Under the pieces are notes generated by a model. It searched no databases. It had not been told where the DNA came from and saw only the letters and a list, made by a program, of their open reading frames with translations. From positions 165,168,001-165,232,000 of the forward strand of contig OX597817.1 of the NCBI GenBank assembly GCA_951406725.2: a DNA stretch of 64,000 nucleotides. Direction: 5' to 3'. The stretch comes from Octopus vulgaris. Lineage: Eukaryota. The position numbers were made by a program, and so were the translations under genes. Of the stretch, positions 35,169-49,287 are shown piece after piece (the first letter of the stretch is position 1; each line of letters begins with the position of its first letter).

Positions 35169-36257
35169 GTACACTTGCATACATACACACACAAGTTCAG
35201 GCACGCACATGCATAAAAACCCGCTCACACAAACACGGCGCACAAATACAAAATGTGCACATACAAGCGTGCGCACACACGCGTACGTTCGCACACACAT
35301 GCATCCTCCACACACAAACAAACAGACATAGAGACGTATGAAAGTGTGAGTGTACATTTCACCTTGATTGATTAATTTTGTATATCATTATGTATGGGTA
35401 GTGAAAGGCAGCGAGATAGCAGAACCGTTAGCGCGTCGGACAAATTTCCTAGCGACATTCCTTCCAGGTTCTTTACGTTCTTAGTTCAAATTGCACCGCG
35501 GTATACTTTGCATTTCATTCAAGATCGATAAAATAAGAACTAGTTGAGATCTGGGGTCTTATGCCATCCCCTAAAATTGTTGGGCTTGTGCCTAAATTAG
35601 AAAGAATTACGTATGTTCTGTGGTTTGTCAGAATCATTAGAGTGCCTAGTAAAATACTTCGAGATATTTACTCTTTACGTTTTGAGTTCATATTACATCT
35701 AAGATAACTTGACCTTTCATCCTTCCGGGGTCGATAAAATAAAGCACCGATCAAGTACCAGCCCCAAAATTCCTGGCCTCTTGCCTAAATCAGAAACCAT
35801 GATGTATATATCTATAAGTATATACACAGCTGTGAGTAACTCTGCAACAGAAAGGAGTCCTGTTTAATAGGAATGTAGAGATTACGGTCACCGAGTAACC
35901 GTCTTGATGAAACCTAAGACTCGTTACATAAATATAATTTTCTATACATCAGAGCTAATGATGGGGGATTACCAATCCGGGAAAAATTCTTCATAAGCTC
36001 TCTGTTGGCACATCAGGCAAACAATATTGTTTAGATTAGTGACGAACACCAAGTATTCATATGGAAGGGACCAAGGTTATGGTTCATTAGAATTCTACAT
36101 AGTAAAGCCACGGCTGGGCTCCAGAAAACTGTTTCTTTACACAGAATGATATAAAAGACACCATATAAATAATGGCCATTAAATATTTTTCCTTTATGAG
36201 AATGAATTGCTCTGATAAAGAAAGAAATATGTAATCACCATTATTTATACCTTTATA

Positions 36258-36760
36258 AGGCGGCGAGGTGGCAGAAACACTAGCACACTGAGTAAAATGT
36301 TTGTCTTTACGTTCTGAGTTCAAATTACGCCGAGGTCGACTTTGCCTCTCATCCTTTCGGGGTCAATAAAATAAGTACCAGTTGCGTACTGGGGTCGATC
36401 TATTTGACTGGCACTTCCTCCCAAATTTCTGGCCTTGTGTCTAGAGTTGAAAATATTATTTATACCTTTATATGGCTCTTTAGTTAGAGCGTCAGGCTCA
36501 CAATCATTAGGACGTGGGCTCGATTCCTGGAACGGGTTGTGAGTTGTGTTCTTGTGCAAGACACTTTTTTTCACGTTGCTCTAGTTCACTCAGGTGTAGA
36601 AATGAGTTGTGACATCACTGGTGCCAAACTATATTGGCCTCTGCCTTTACCTTGGATAACATCGGTGGCCTTCCTTAAACTACCTTACTCAAACTTGTGC
36701 CTTGGAGGGTAACTTTCTAGATGCAATCCCATGGTCATTCCTGATCAGAGCAGGTCTTTA
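36258..36760 (+). mobile_element. Adjacent diverged SINE B (36258-36455) and SINE C (36472-36760)
   Basis: Family motifs present; SINE B is flanked by the repeat ttatttatacctttata. Confidence 0.8.
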
Positions 36761-36913
36761 ACCTATGCATATATGGGTACAGGACATCAAAAAAAAAAAA
36801 ACGTTGAACACAAGGAGAAGCGAAAACATAAAAACAAAAACAGAAACGAAACTTACAACATAAAGAATATTCCCCTTCTTCAGTTTTCCCTGTTTCATCT
36901 ACTCCGCGTTTCG

Positions 36914-36981
<68 letters not shown>

Positions 36982-37176
36982 TATGTGCGTGTTTGTGAGT
37001 ATGTATGTATGTATGTATGTATGTATGTATCAGTGTAATATGTATATATGCGTACCTGTCTAGGTTTTGGTATACTTAGAAGGAAATGCTATTCGCAGGT
37101 AAATTGACACAGATTTAACAGGGTATATAACTAAGCATATCTGTCAATCTGTCATCTATGTACATACATACATACA

Positions 37177-37237
<61 letters not shown>

Positions 37238-37914
37238 CTCTAAACACACGCACACACACATATATAAAGGTGTGTGTATGTATGTATATATTCATATTTA
37301 CATACACAAACGCAGGTAGGAAACGTAGACAGGTAATTAAGCAGTAACGAGATATGCGGGGGTACTTAAGTTTTGTGGGGTACGTAAGATGGTATGGTAT
37401 GGTATGGTTTGGTAGCTTGAATAAAACTCTACATAGTTTATTAGTAAAAAAAAAAAACCGCAAAAAAACTGTGTAAATGTGTTTCATCGACGTTTGTAAG
37501 TGCAAAGCCATTTTCTAACGATTACAATCTGATTAGAAAAAAACCGAGTTAATAGCTTGTAATGTTTGAATCTGAGCTTGAACTGTTAACTGTGATAGAC
37601 ATGCATACATGCACATCATATATCCCCGTACTGCATAACTTGCTTATCGTTTTTGCACCTCACTGACATTGCTTTATAAAGTCCCCCCACACAACCAACC
37701 AACCAACCAACCAACCAACAAACCAGCCAACCAACCACCACTACTACCACCACCACCACCACCACCACCACCACCATCACAACCACCACCACCATCACAA
37801 CCACCACCACCACCACCACCACCACCACCAACAGTGCCGCCACCACTCTCAGCATCACAGCTCAGCAGTGCCTCGCACACACACACACACACATATGTAT
37901 ATACATATATATAC

Positions 37915-37945
<31 letters not shown>

Positions 37946-37946
37946 C

Positions 37947-38016
<70 letters not shown>

Positions 38017-38237
38017 ATATATACATGTATATCTTTAATGTTATTATGAATATCGTCCGGATGAGTTTTCTATCTTGTTTATATTTGTATTTTGGATGTC
38101 TTAATGTGCTTTATCAGTGTGTAGGTGGGAGCTTATTTATATATATGTGCATATGTATCTAAGACATAGAGCGAAGTTGCATGTATGTGCGTGTGTGTGT
38201 GTGTGTACGATTATATATTTACATATATATAATCACA

Positions 38238-38314
<77 letters not shown>

Positions 38315-38315
<1 letters not shown>

Positions 38316-38600
38316 GGACGCATTGCCTAGTAGTCAGGGTTTTGCGTTCACGATCGCGATATCGTGGTTTCATTTCTTAGACCGGGTGGTGCGTTGTGTT
38401 CCTGAGCAAAGCGCTTCATCTCAAGTTGCTCTGCTATGACTTCGACACCTGAAGCGTGGTACTTGGTGCACCTGTTCAGCCGACGTTGATTTGGTGGAGG
38501 AAGTGAGCTAGCATACAGCACCTACATTTGATCACTATACACGAATCTTTTGCTCAGGTCGTTCGGCAAAAGCTGAACACTCAGACATCACTCAGACATC
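38315..38600 (+). mobile_element. Diverged tRNA-derived SINE of another family (E)
   Basis: Degenerate tRNA head (gcattgcctagtagtcaggg...tggtttcatttc) and gcgttgtgttcctgagcaaagcgctt, followed by a distinct body. Confidence 0.55.
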
Positions 38601-38635
38601 ACCGAAGATCGGAGAGTCTTTCATGCAAGCGCACT

Positions 38636-38672
<37 letters not shown>

Positions 38673-39549
38673 TCACACAAACACACGCAAACATATACTC
38701 GCCCTCCACATATATTCTTTTACTTGTTTCAGCCATTTGTCTACGGCCATGCTGGAACACCGCTTCAAAGTGGTTTTTAGTCGAAGATTTCGCCCCCAGG
38801 ACTTATTCTGCGTAAGCATAGTATTTACCCTGTCGGTTACTTTTACCGAACCACTAATTTTACGGGGACGTAAACACACCAAGATCGGTTGTCAAACGAT
38901 GGTGGAGGGGACAAACACAGACACAAAGACAGACACACATAAATACATGCACACGCGCGCGCACACACAAGCACACACGTAAACAACATGAAATAAGAAA
39001 ACATGGAATACGAACTTTTTTTGCGAACAACGAAAGAAACAAATGTTTCTTTCGTTGTTCGCAAAATAGTTCGTATTCCATGTTTTCGTATTTCGTTTTT
39101 TATGTTGTTTTCGCATTACATGTTGTTTACGATCTGTGGTGTTCTGTGTCCATATATGCACGTGTATATACCTATATATGTATGTACATATATGTATGTA
39201 TATATATTTATATATTATTTATGCCATTATATGATTGAACGCCAAGCATCCACTTCCAAGTAAGTTTTATCTATCTATATATATATATTTGTTTGCTTTT
39301 TCATCTTTGTTCCTATACACATACGCTAGCTTTCTTACAAGGGGGTCTAATGCTCTTAGCTTAGACTTTTTTTTGGGAGGGGGGCAACCAGATCGAACCA
39401 TCTTAAGTGTAAATGCCCGAAATGGTCGTAAGATCTGGAACTTGACTGGCGAAAGAAAGCCACGAATGACCCGTCTTTTTTTGCCTGTCCTTCTAATTGT
39501 TGTTTCTCTAGTCCGCCTGTGTATTGTCTATATGTCCGAATTTTTTAAA

Positions 39550-39678
<129 letters not shown>

Positions 39679-40099
39679 TGAGAGAGAGGGGGCATTGTGT
39701 AAAGAGAGAGAGGGTTCGTGTAAAAATACACAAGCACACTAATTCACTCACATACAGGGACACACACACGCACACACATACACACACACACGTATTCAGT
39801 CATGCTCATACGTGCATTTGTGTTTGTATGCGTTCATGTGAGTGTGTGCGCGTGTGTGCCTGTGTGTGTTCATTGAATTTTACTTTAATCACAGAAATAA
39901 ATAATGGCCTACTGACCCTCCCCGCTTATAAATCTAGCTTCTTTGTTAACACCACTCCATACTATACCGGTTAGACGATCAACAAAACAACATGAAACGT
40001 CTCTCTCGGTGAAGGTTAATTAAGTGACATAAATACTAGCTGTTTATCAGAGCTAACATATCGTATACAGAAATATAACTGTAATAACGATGGCTTCAA

Positions 40100-40515
40100 A
40101 TTTTGGCTACAAGGCCAGTAGTTTTGAAGGTAGAGCTAGTCGATGACATCGAACCCCGTGTTCAGCTGGTACTTGTTTTATCGACTCCGAAAGAATGAAA
40201 AGCAAAGTCGACCTTGGTGGGATTTGAACTCAGAACGTAAGGACGGACAAAATGCAACTAAGCATTTTGTCCGGTGTGCTGTCAGCTCGCCGACTGATAA
40301 TCCTTTCTACGGGAAGCACAAGGCCTCAAATTTGGGAGAGGGATTAAGTCGATTAGAACGACCCCAGTGCGTAACTGGTACTAATTTTATCGACCCCGAA
40401 AGAATGAAAGGCAAAGTCGACCTCGGCGGAATTTGAACTGAGAACGTAGCGATGGACAAAATACCGCTAAATATTTCGTCCAGCGCACTAACGTTTCTGC
40501 CAACTCGCCGCCTTA
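40100..40515 (-). mobile_element. Two SINE family B copies
   Basis: Reverse-complement core aaaggcaaagtcgacctcggcggaatttgaact occurs twice (one diverged). Confidence 0.8.
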
Positions 40516-40788
40516 AGCTCGCCTACTAATAATAAATAGACACAAACTTGATACCAGTTGAAATATGCTTGAGGCATACTCGAACCCGAAAGAAAGCCTT
40601 TCACTGTGTTTTGTCATGGAGAAAATATTTCGTTGTAGACAAGGAGGTGGAAAACACTGGGTCAGCTCACAGCGATACCCTAAACAGACTGTAGGATGAA
40701 TGCATTTTGCAGTGGTTATCTCCTCTTCAGCAGCAGAGATTGGAAAGGCAGACGCTGCGATCTAACACGAGAGACAGGTTCCTCTTAA

Positions 40789-41298
40789 GGGATCTAGGAC
40801 AATTGACCGTAGGACTATTCACCGAAAGATAATTCACTGTACGGATATTTCGCCGCAAGGACATTTTGTAGTAAAGCATAAGAAGAGAAGGATTAAAATA
40901 TAAATAAAAATAATGAAAGTTATACACTTTCTTTAAAAAGTTAAGCTAAAAAACTAAAAATCTTAATATCTTGTAAGTTCATTGAAATTGCACGCAAATA
41001 AATGTTCAACGACCTTTCTGCTTTTAAATTCTCATATCAGCAATTAACGATGTAGTTACAAATTCAAACGACCTATCCGTTTTTAAATTATCATTTCAGC
41101 AATTACCGAAGATGATTGCTGTAAATGCTATTCCTTTATCTAACTTATTTAATTAACGAATCAATTTCAAGTTTCTAAGCTTTACGGCAAAATGTCCTTG
41201 CAGCGAAATATTCGTACGGCGAATTATCTTACGGCGAATAATCCTACGGTCAATTGTCCTACGGCGAATTTGATTACGGGAAATTGATCGGTCACCCC
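40789..41298. mobile_element. MITE/foldback element whose long TIRs consist of ~15-bp subrepeats
   Basis: taggacaattgaccgtaggactattcaccg...aaggacattttgtagtaaagc is inverted at gctttacggcaaaatgtcctt...cctacggtcaattgtccta; similar 15-bp repeats at ~33515-33590. Confidence 0.75.
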
Positions 41299-41853
41299 GC
41301 TTCTTATATTCTCGTCTCAGCGGCTCACCATAAATGAAAAGCAGGGTGACAGCGCTAAGTAGCAATGCGTAGAAATAAACTTGTTACCAGTTCATATAGG
41401 CTTTAGATGTATTCGAACCCGTAATAAAGCATTTCACTGTGTTTCATGGAGAAAAATTCTCGCTATAGATAAATGGGGGTAAATACACCGGGTCAACTCA
41501 CAGGGGTCCCCTAACCAAACTGTGGGATGTATGCATATCGGAGTGCAACAAAGACTGGAATTGTAGCCTCTGCGAACTGACACGAAAGACAGGTCCCTCA
41601 TGATATTTTTGTCATCGTTTACTGACTGGTTGCGCTATTCAGCTGCTCACCGTAAATGAAATGCAGGGTGACGGCGCTAAGTAGTAATGCGTAGAAATAC
41701 AAACTTCTTACCAGTTTTAATATGCCTTAGGTGTATTTGAACACGTAAGAAAGCCTTTCACACTTTTGTCATGGAGAAAATTTCTTGCTGTTGACAAACT
41801 GCTGTAAATGAGTGTATTTACATCCATTTGTCTATAGTAAGAAATTTTCTCCA

Positions 41854-42242
41854 GAAGGCGGCGAGCTGGCAGAATCGTTAGCACGTCGGGCGAAATGCTA
41901 AGCAGTATTTCGTCTGCCACTATGTTCTGAGTTCAAATTCCGCCGAGGTCCACTTTGCCTTTCATCCTTTCGGGGTCGATTAAATAAGTACCAGTTACGA
42001 AATGGAGTCGATATAATCGACTTAATCCGTTTGTCTGTCCTTGTTTGTCCTCTCTGTGTTTAGCCCCTTGTGGGTTAATAAAGAAAAGTTCAAATTCCGC
42101 CGAGGTCGACTTTGCCTTTCATCCTTTCGGGGTCGATTAAATAAGTACCAGTTACGCACTGGGGTCGATATAATCGACTTAATCCGTTTGTCTGTCCTTG
42201 TTTGTTCCCTCTGTGTGTAGACCCTTGTGGGCAGTAAAGAAA
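41854..42242 (+). mobile_element. SINE family B, dimeric, with 16-bp TSD
   Basis: TSD taagaaattttctcca at 41838-41853 and 42243-42258. Confidence 0.92.
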
Positions 42243-42870
42243 TAAGAAATTTTCTCCATACAGTGAATTGCTTTCTTACGGGGTTTCGAATACACATATT
42301 TGAACTGGTAACAGGTTTGTATTTATACACATCACTGCTTAGCACCATTACTTCGTATTTTAACAATTAATAAATATTGAGTCTATTTGTTTGACTTGAA
42401 ATCTTTCACGGCGATGGATGTCCCTGGCATGGCTGCAGTCCAGTGACTGATACAAGTGACAAGATGGCGATGAGTTTGATACATTCGATTATATGTCTGC
42501 TCAGCTAGAAGTGATCTAGGAGTTACACAACAGCAACAGCAAAAGTCACGGTAAGAATATGAGCAGCAGCAGCAGCAGCAGCAGCAGCAGGCCATCCAAG
42601 AATTTGGACCTGGAGATCTCCATTTCCAGCGACTTCGAGGACCACCTCCCAGTGGTGTCGGGCGTCAACGAAGAGCCCTCGACTACAGCAAGACGACCAA
42701 ATTTTTTTTTCAAGGTCTGGGGTCTCCCGCCCCTAATCACCCTTACCCGTCTTGTTGCTTAACAACAACAACAACAACAACAGCAGCAGCAGCCGCAGCA
42801 ACAACAAGGGGATTAGGAGGAAAGCCAATTTGGTTATTTTATTCTATGGTGAGTTGGAATGAGGTCAGTC

Positions 42871-42907
<37 letters not shown>

Positions 42908-43887
42908 GAGGGAGAGAGAGGAGAGATACATATCTCTAAGTAGACACTGGTAGAGGTAGTGGATGTAGTAGTGGTGGTTGTAGTAGCTGGTGCTATGAAT
43001 AAAGAAAAGTGGTGGTGGTGTTGGTGGTGGTGGCGAGTAGTGGTGGCACTGTTGGTCGTCGCAGAAGGTGACCCTCGTGGTCCTGAGGTTGGTATTGGTG
43101 TTAATGAGAGTGCTGGTTATGTTGGTATTGGTTGTGGTGGTTTGGTGGTAGATTTGAGAATATTTAGTGTAGGCAGCGACGGTCATGATGGTGGTTGGAG
43201 AGTTGATGGTGTTGGTGGTGGCGGCGGTGGTGGTGGTGGTGGTGGTGGTGATGGTGATGGTGGCAGCAGTGATAGTAGTGTCGGCGGCAGTGGCGGTAGT
43301 GGTGGTGATGGTGATTGTGATGCTAATGGTGGTGGTAACGGTAGTAGTGGCAATTTCGATGGGTAATGGTGTTCAAAGACTATGGTGCTCAACTTGCATT
43401 TAAAAAATGTTTTTGAGTGAGGGTATACCTAGGAATACATATCTAATATGTTCTTCACTTTCTTTGAAGTCGGTACAGTGTACTTTGAGGGAGATTTGGT
43501 TGCTATTTCTAGCAGGTTGAATGAATACCTGGAGTCTCTCACGTTCTGTAATGTGTATGTGTGAGGGAGATGGGAACGTGTTACTAGTTGTTCTGGCTGG
43601 TGCTATGAATAAAGAAAAGATGACGATGGCGGTGGTGGTGGTGATGGTGATGGTGGTAATAAGATGGTGACGATACTGATGAGGAGGAGAGGGAGGAGGA
43701 GAAAGAGGGGGAAAGAAGAGAAGGTAGTAAAAATGAAATAAAGGTAGTGTGAGGAGGAGGAGGAGGAGGGTTCATAAGACGAAAGGAAGAACAGGAAGCG
43801 TATGAGGAAGTAAAGGCTGAAGGCAAGAGATAAAGAGGTTGACGGAGAGGAAATAAAAGATAAGACGGCAAGGGTGGAGGCAGCGAA

Positions 43888-43898
43888 GTAGTAGTAGC

Positions 43899-43934
<36 letters not shown>

Positions 43935-43952
43935 GGTAGTAGTAGTAGTAGC

Positions 43953-43983
<31 letters not shown>

Positions 43984-43997
43984 GTAGTAGTAGTAGC

Positions 43998-44062
<65 letters not shown>

Positions 44063-44063
44063 C

Positions 44064-44128
<65 letters not shown>

Positions 44129-44135
44129 CAGTAGC

Positions 44136-44182
<47 letters not shown>

Positions 44183-44204
44183 CAGCAGCAGTAGTAGTAG
44201 TAGT

Positions 44205-44236
<32 letters not shown>

Positions 44237-44246
44237 TATTGGTAGC

Positions 44247-44283
<37 letters not shown>
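43888..44283. repeat. (TAG)n trinucleotide array
   Basis: Seen directly; produces poly-T/V/Y ORFs. Confidence 0.97.
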
Positions 44284-45008
44284 AAAGAAGAAGTAATAGT
44301 ATGAGGAGGTGGAGGAGGAGGAGGAGAAAATGATGCTGATGCTGATGCTGCTGATGAAGTAGGTCGAAGTAGAAATAAGTCGAAAGAAGGAATCAGATTG
44401 GTACACACAGAGATACACACAGATTGGCGCATGCGTACACACACTCACACACACACACACACACAAATTTAGACACGCACCGTACATACACAGACACAGG
44501 GAGATAAATACACACACACACACACATATATAGAGAGAAAGAGAAAAAAGAGAGAGAGAGTGGGAAAGAAAAGAGAGAAGAGAAAGTGGAGAAAGAAAGA
44601 GGTATATATAAAGAGAAAGGATTAAGAGCATAAGTATAAAAATTGAGATATGGTGGTGGTGATGGTGGTGGTGATGGAGTAATGTCGAAAGGAACCATCT
44701 GGAGTATTATCAACTTGCAATACTCCTGACAGGCCAGATGTACTCTATGACATGATCAAATCATTTCTTTAGATTCGCCTCTGTCCTCCTGCCAGACATA
44801 TCTGTACTATGATCTTGGTGGTCCCGTAGACGATTTGAACTCGCCACCTCCCTTACATCATCGAATAGGAATGCTCGTATATTCTTAAACAGAAATTTAT
44901 ATCAAAACGACATAGGGCTACATAACTATGTATCGAGTCATATTTAAATGTGCTTATATCATTTTGCATATTCATGAATATTTGTGTGTGTGTGTGTGTG
45001 TATATAAG

Positions 45009-45056
<48 letters not shown>

Positions 45057-45295
45057 AGAATAAGGTGTACGTACGCCGCAATAATATATATATATAAAAA
45101 TACAAAATGGGATAAGAACGCAAAACATTCAAATAGACGATACAAAAAACAAGGACGGGTCCTCGCAATTTCGACTGATTAATCAGCCGAAATTGCGAGG
45201 ATGATCGGGTTCTTGACTGAAGATTAGAGGCTTCGAATGACCTGATAGTGTTTTTTGTATCGTCTATTTGAACGTTTTGCGTCCTTGTCCTATTT

Positions 45296-45524
<229 letters not shown>

Positions 45525-45538
45525 ATATATATATATAC

Positions 45539-45795
45539 TGGCACCTTACTGGCATCTGTGCCGGTGGCATGTATAAAAAGATTCGAGCGAGGTCGTTGCC
45601 AGTACCGCCTGACTGGCCCCCGTGCCGGTGGCACGTAAAAGCACCCACTACACTCTCAGAGTGGTTAGTGTTAGGAAGGGCATCCAGCTGTAGAAATTCT
45701 GCAAGATCAAGATTGGAGCCTGGTGCAGCCATCTAGTTCGCCAGCCCTCAGCCAAATCGTCCAACCCATGCTAGCATGGAAAGCGGACGTTAAAC

Positions 45796-45843
<48 letters not shown>
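45539..45843 (+). mobile_element. 3' part of an RTE-related SINE or non-autonomous retroposon with (ATG)n tail
   Basis: gttaggaagggcatccagctgtagaaa motif (RTE-UTR-like, recalled from memory) and aacccatgctagcatggaaagcggacgttaaacg followed by (atg)n. Confidence 0.65.
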
Positions 45844-45847
45844 AATT

Positions 45848-45878
<31 letters not shown>

Positions 45879-46021
45879 TTCACTGCGACAAGAACTGTCT
45901 AACACAGCTCTTACACCACATCGATGATATTCTTAAAGCCTTGGGAACAGGTTCGAAATCTGATATCATATATCTTGACTTCAGTTAAGCGTTCGACAGA
46001 GTTGACCACAATATCCTACTG
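45879..46021 (+). pseudogene. CR1-type LINE reverse transcriptase fragment
   Basis: FHCDKNCLTQLLHHIDDILKALGTGSKSDIIYLDFS*AFDRVDHNILL matches the RT motif YLDFSKAFD.V.H, with a stop in place of K. Confidence 0.85.
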
Positions 46022-47518
46022 TTGGAATCCGTGGAAAACTTCTACACTGGCAGAAAATTCCTATCGGTTAACAGATGGTGTAGAACTCCATTTCGAAAGC
46101 AACAAATGTTTATTATGCACTAATCAAATCTGTCAAGGAAAGGAATGAAGTAGTCAATACTGCAAGGGGCGCTGGGTGCATAATATGCAACTTAGCAAAT
46201 GTTTCGTGGCTACCCTGAGTCCATTCTCACCGGGTGCATACGGCTATTCTGTTCGAAATTAATTGGCGTAATGAATGAATTTTTTTTATTTTTTGCATAA
46301 TTCATTGCGGCAAATAACTTTCAACAGAATAGTAGTTTTCACTCGATGAGCGGGGACACCAGACCGCCATGAAACATTCGTAATGTTACATAATAAGCAC
46401 CTAGTAACCCCGTTGAAACAGCTGTAGCACTTGACTACTTCTTCCATTCCTTTCGTTTACAAATCCATACATACACACACACACACATCTCTCTCTCTCT
46501 CTCTCTCGCTCACTCTCTTTATATATATATATATATTTTCTCATATATATATATTTCATAGCATTTTTCCGATGGCCGGATAAATGAAGAGATGGCGGCG
46601 TGGATTTCCAGTTCTTCATCCGAAATTCGGAGTTTTATCATGGCTACCGAATAATTGTCACATATTACATTTACAGATATATATATATATATAAATGAAA
46701 AATATATAGTAAATACAGAAACGACATAACGTATACAGAGTATAAAACCGAACGGGAGACAATATACATACATACATACATACATACATACATACATACA
46801 TACAAACATACTTACATACATACATACATACATGCATACATACATACATAAAAAAAAGTAACGAACAACTAGATTTTGCTTTATGTCATCTAGATGCCGG
46901 AAATGGGCACGAAGTCATCGGAGGGGTAAGGGCTCAACATAGGTATTAAATCCTTATGCATTTCACGCTAAAGAAATCGAAATTAAGAACAGACTCTTTT
47001 GAACCGCGCGAAGTAGGAAGGAAATAATGAATAATACTTGTTTATTATTATTATTTTTTTAAAATCAGTTTAAATGAAAACTCCACTTGTCTGGTTTACT
47101 CGCAACATTAAACTACGTCAGAATAACTTCCTCGTTTTCACGACACAAAACACAAGTACAAGAATGAGACGAAATAAAAAAAAAATATTGACTTCCAAAA
47201 CTATTTATTTAATCTATGTTACTGGCTAGAATGACTTCATTTGCAGAACTTGTAGTCAGGTCTCCGTTAGTTTATATAGCCAGCTCTTACGACTTTATTC
47301 ATCTGTTAGGCAAGTAATTCTAGCCCATCCGATGTTGACATATCAACAGTTTGGTGATCAGCTGATCGGGTTAGCAGGGCAAAATGTCTGCAGAGTATAA
47401 ATGTCCCCTTCTAAGCAGGAGCTATAGGATCCCTCCCCCGTTCCCCACCCCCAGTGTAACTATCGCCATCATCACACTAAAATAAGTGCCAGGAATCGCC
47501 GATGCCACCATCATTACA

Positions 47519-47531
47519 CTACCACCACCAT

Positions 47532-47575
<44 letters not shown>

Positions 47576-47605
47576 TTACTGCTACTACTACTACTACTAT
47601 TACTG

Positions 47606-47650
<45 letters not shown>

Positions 47651-47665
47651 TCGCTGCTGCTGCTG

Positions 47666-47739
<74 letters not shown>

Positions 47740-47760
47740 GCTACAACTGCTACTACTACA
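47519..47760. repeat. (CTA)n trinucleotide array
   Basis: Seen directly. Confidence 0.97.
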
Positions 47761-47840
47761 CGTACCACAGTTTCCACCAGTATTACAGCAACTGCATAAT
47801 GACCACACTACCACCGTTACCATACCAACTACCACTGAAC

Positions 47841-48103
47841 CATTTATTCAGGACTCTGCAGAATAGTCTTAATGGTAAAAATTTCAATTCCTTGGATGAC
47901 GTAAAAAGATACCTTGATGAATTCTTTGCCATGAAACCACCTCAATTCTGGGAAGAGGGTATTTTCAAGTTAAAGGAAAGATGGAGATGCATTGTGCAAC
48001 GAAATGGTTCATATTTGGTTGATTAAAAATGTAATGGCAAGTATTTAGTGACCTTTTTCTTTCCTTTAAAAATCGGACATTCCGAACTTTCCGGACAACC
48101 AAT
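47841..48103 (+). pseudogene. mariner transposase C-terminus plus 3' TIR
   Basis: HLFRTLQNSLNGKNFNSLDDVKRYLDEFFAMKPPQFWEEGIFKLKERWRCIVQRNGSYLVD* is the classic mariner C-terminus; TIR-like ...cgaactttccggacaaccaat follows. Confidence 0.9.
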
Positions 48104-48285
48104 TAATGCAAAAAACACCAACAACAATAACAATAACAACATCAAAAATAACAATAACAACAAAAATGTTCGCTAAAATACGTCACAACACTGATGATTG
48201 GACTTCAGTTCTGTTACTGCACACATCTTAGCAATACAGAGCGCATTAGTAGCATAAAACGTATAAAACGGTTGAAGATAAGATT

Positions 48286-48671
48286 GTGGAAGCACTCCGT
48301 CGGTTACGACGATGAGGGTTCTGGTTGATCCGATCAACGGAACAGCCTGCTCATGAAATTAACGTGTAAGTGGCTGAGCACTCCACAGACACGTGTACCC
48401 TTAACGTAGTTCTCGGGGAGATTCAGCGTGACACAGAGAGTGACAAGGCCGGCCCTTTGAAATATAGGTACAACAGAAACAGGAAGTAAGAGTGAGAGAA
48501 AGTTGTGGTGAAAGAGTACAGCAGGGATCACCACCATCCCTGCCGGAGCCTCGTGGAGCTTTAGGTGTTTTCGCTCAATAAACACTCACAACGCCCGGTC
48601 TGGAAATCAAAACCGCGATCCTACGACTGCGAGTCCGCTGCCCTAACCACTGGGCCATTGCGCCTCCACCA
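48286..48671 (-). mobile_element. SINE family D, full length, 12-bp TSD
   Basis: TSD gaagataagatt at 48274-48285 and 48672-48683; tRNA head GGCGCAATGGCCCAGTGGTTAGGGCAGCGGACTCG. Confidence 0.92.
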
Positions 48672-48994
48672 GAAGATAAGATTACGATGATGATGAAGCT
48701 GATGAAGATGAGGAGGTTGAAAATGACGATGACGATAATGAGGATGATGGTTGTTATAATAATGGTTTCAAATTTTAGCACGAGGCCAGCAATTTCGGGG
48801 GAGGGGTAAATCGATTACATCGACTCCAGTTCTCAACTGGTACTTATTTCATCGACCCCGAAAGGATGAAAGACAAAATCGACCTAGGCGAGATTTGAAC
48901 TCGATTCAATACAGAATTACAGATGGTATTTGTTGAATTCTGATTTACTGTCGGCTGACTTTTGGCCAACACTGTATGTGTACGTGTGAATCTG

Positions 48995-49159
<165 letters not shown>

Positions 49160-49228
49160 ATATCTATCTATTTGTATGTATGTTTACAAATACATATACA
49201 AATACATGTATATGTGCATGCGTACGTA

Positions 49229-49287
<59 letters not shown>

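Larger units (their letters stand above)
40544..42348. repeat. Diverged ~324-bp tandem repeat (units at 40544, 41377, 41701) plus an inverted partial unit; interrupted by a MITE and a SINE
   Basis: aaactt(g/c)(a/t)taccagtt...cgaacccg...tttcactgtg...catggagaaaa recurs with some divergence; reverse complement at 41828-41853 and 42259-42348. Confidence 0.75.

Noticed and set aside
35950-35990. Hammerhead-like ctaatgatgggggattaccaatccgggaaaa
   Set aside because: Core G5 is missing and helices I and III are unconvincing.
36860-36917. Possible type II hammerhead (minus strand uucGAAAcgcggagUA...CUGAAGAagggg; similar at ~2305-2350)
   Set aside because: Helix I could not be formed in either copy; left uncalled pending a family consensus.
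40789-41298. Regular 15-bp repeats suggestive of a CRISPR-like array
   Set aside because: No unique spacers, the repeats form inverted termini, and the context is eukaryotic.
43584-44631. Poly-Thr and poly-Tyr ORFs
   Set aside because: Products of the (TAG)n array.
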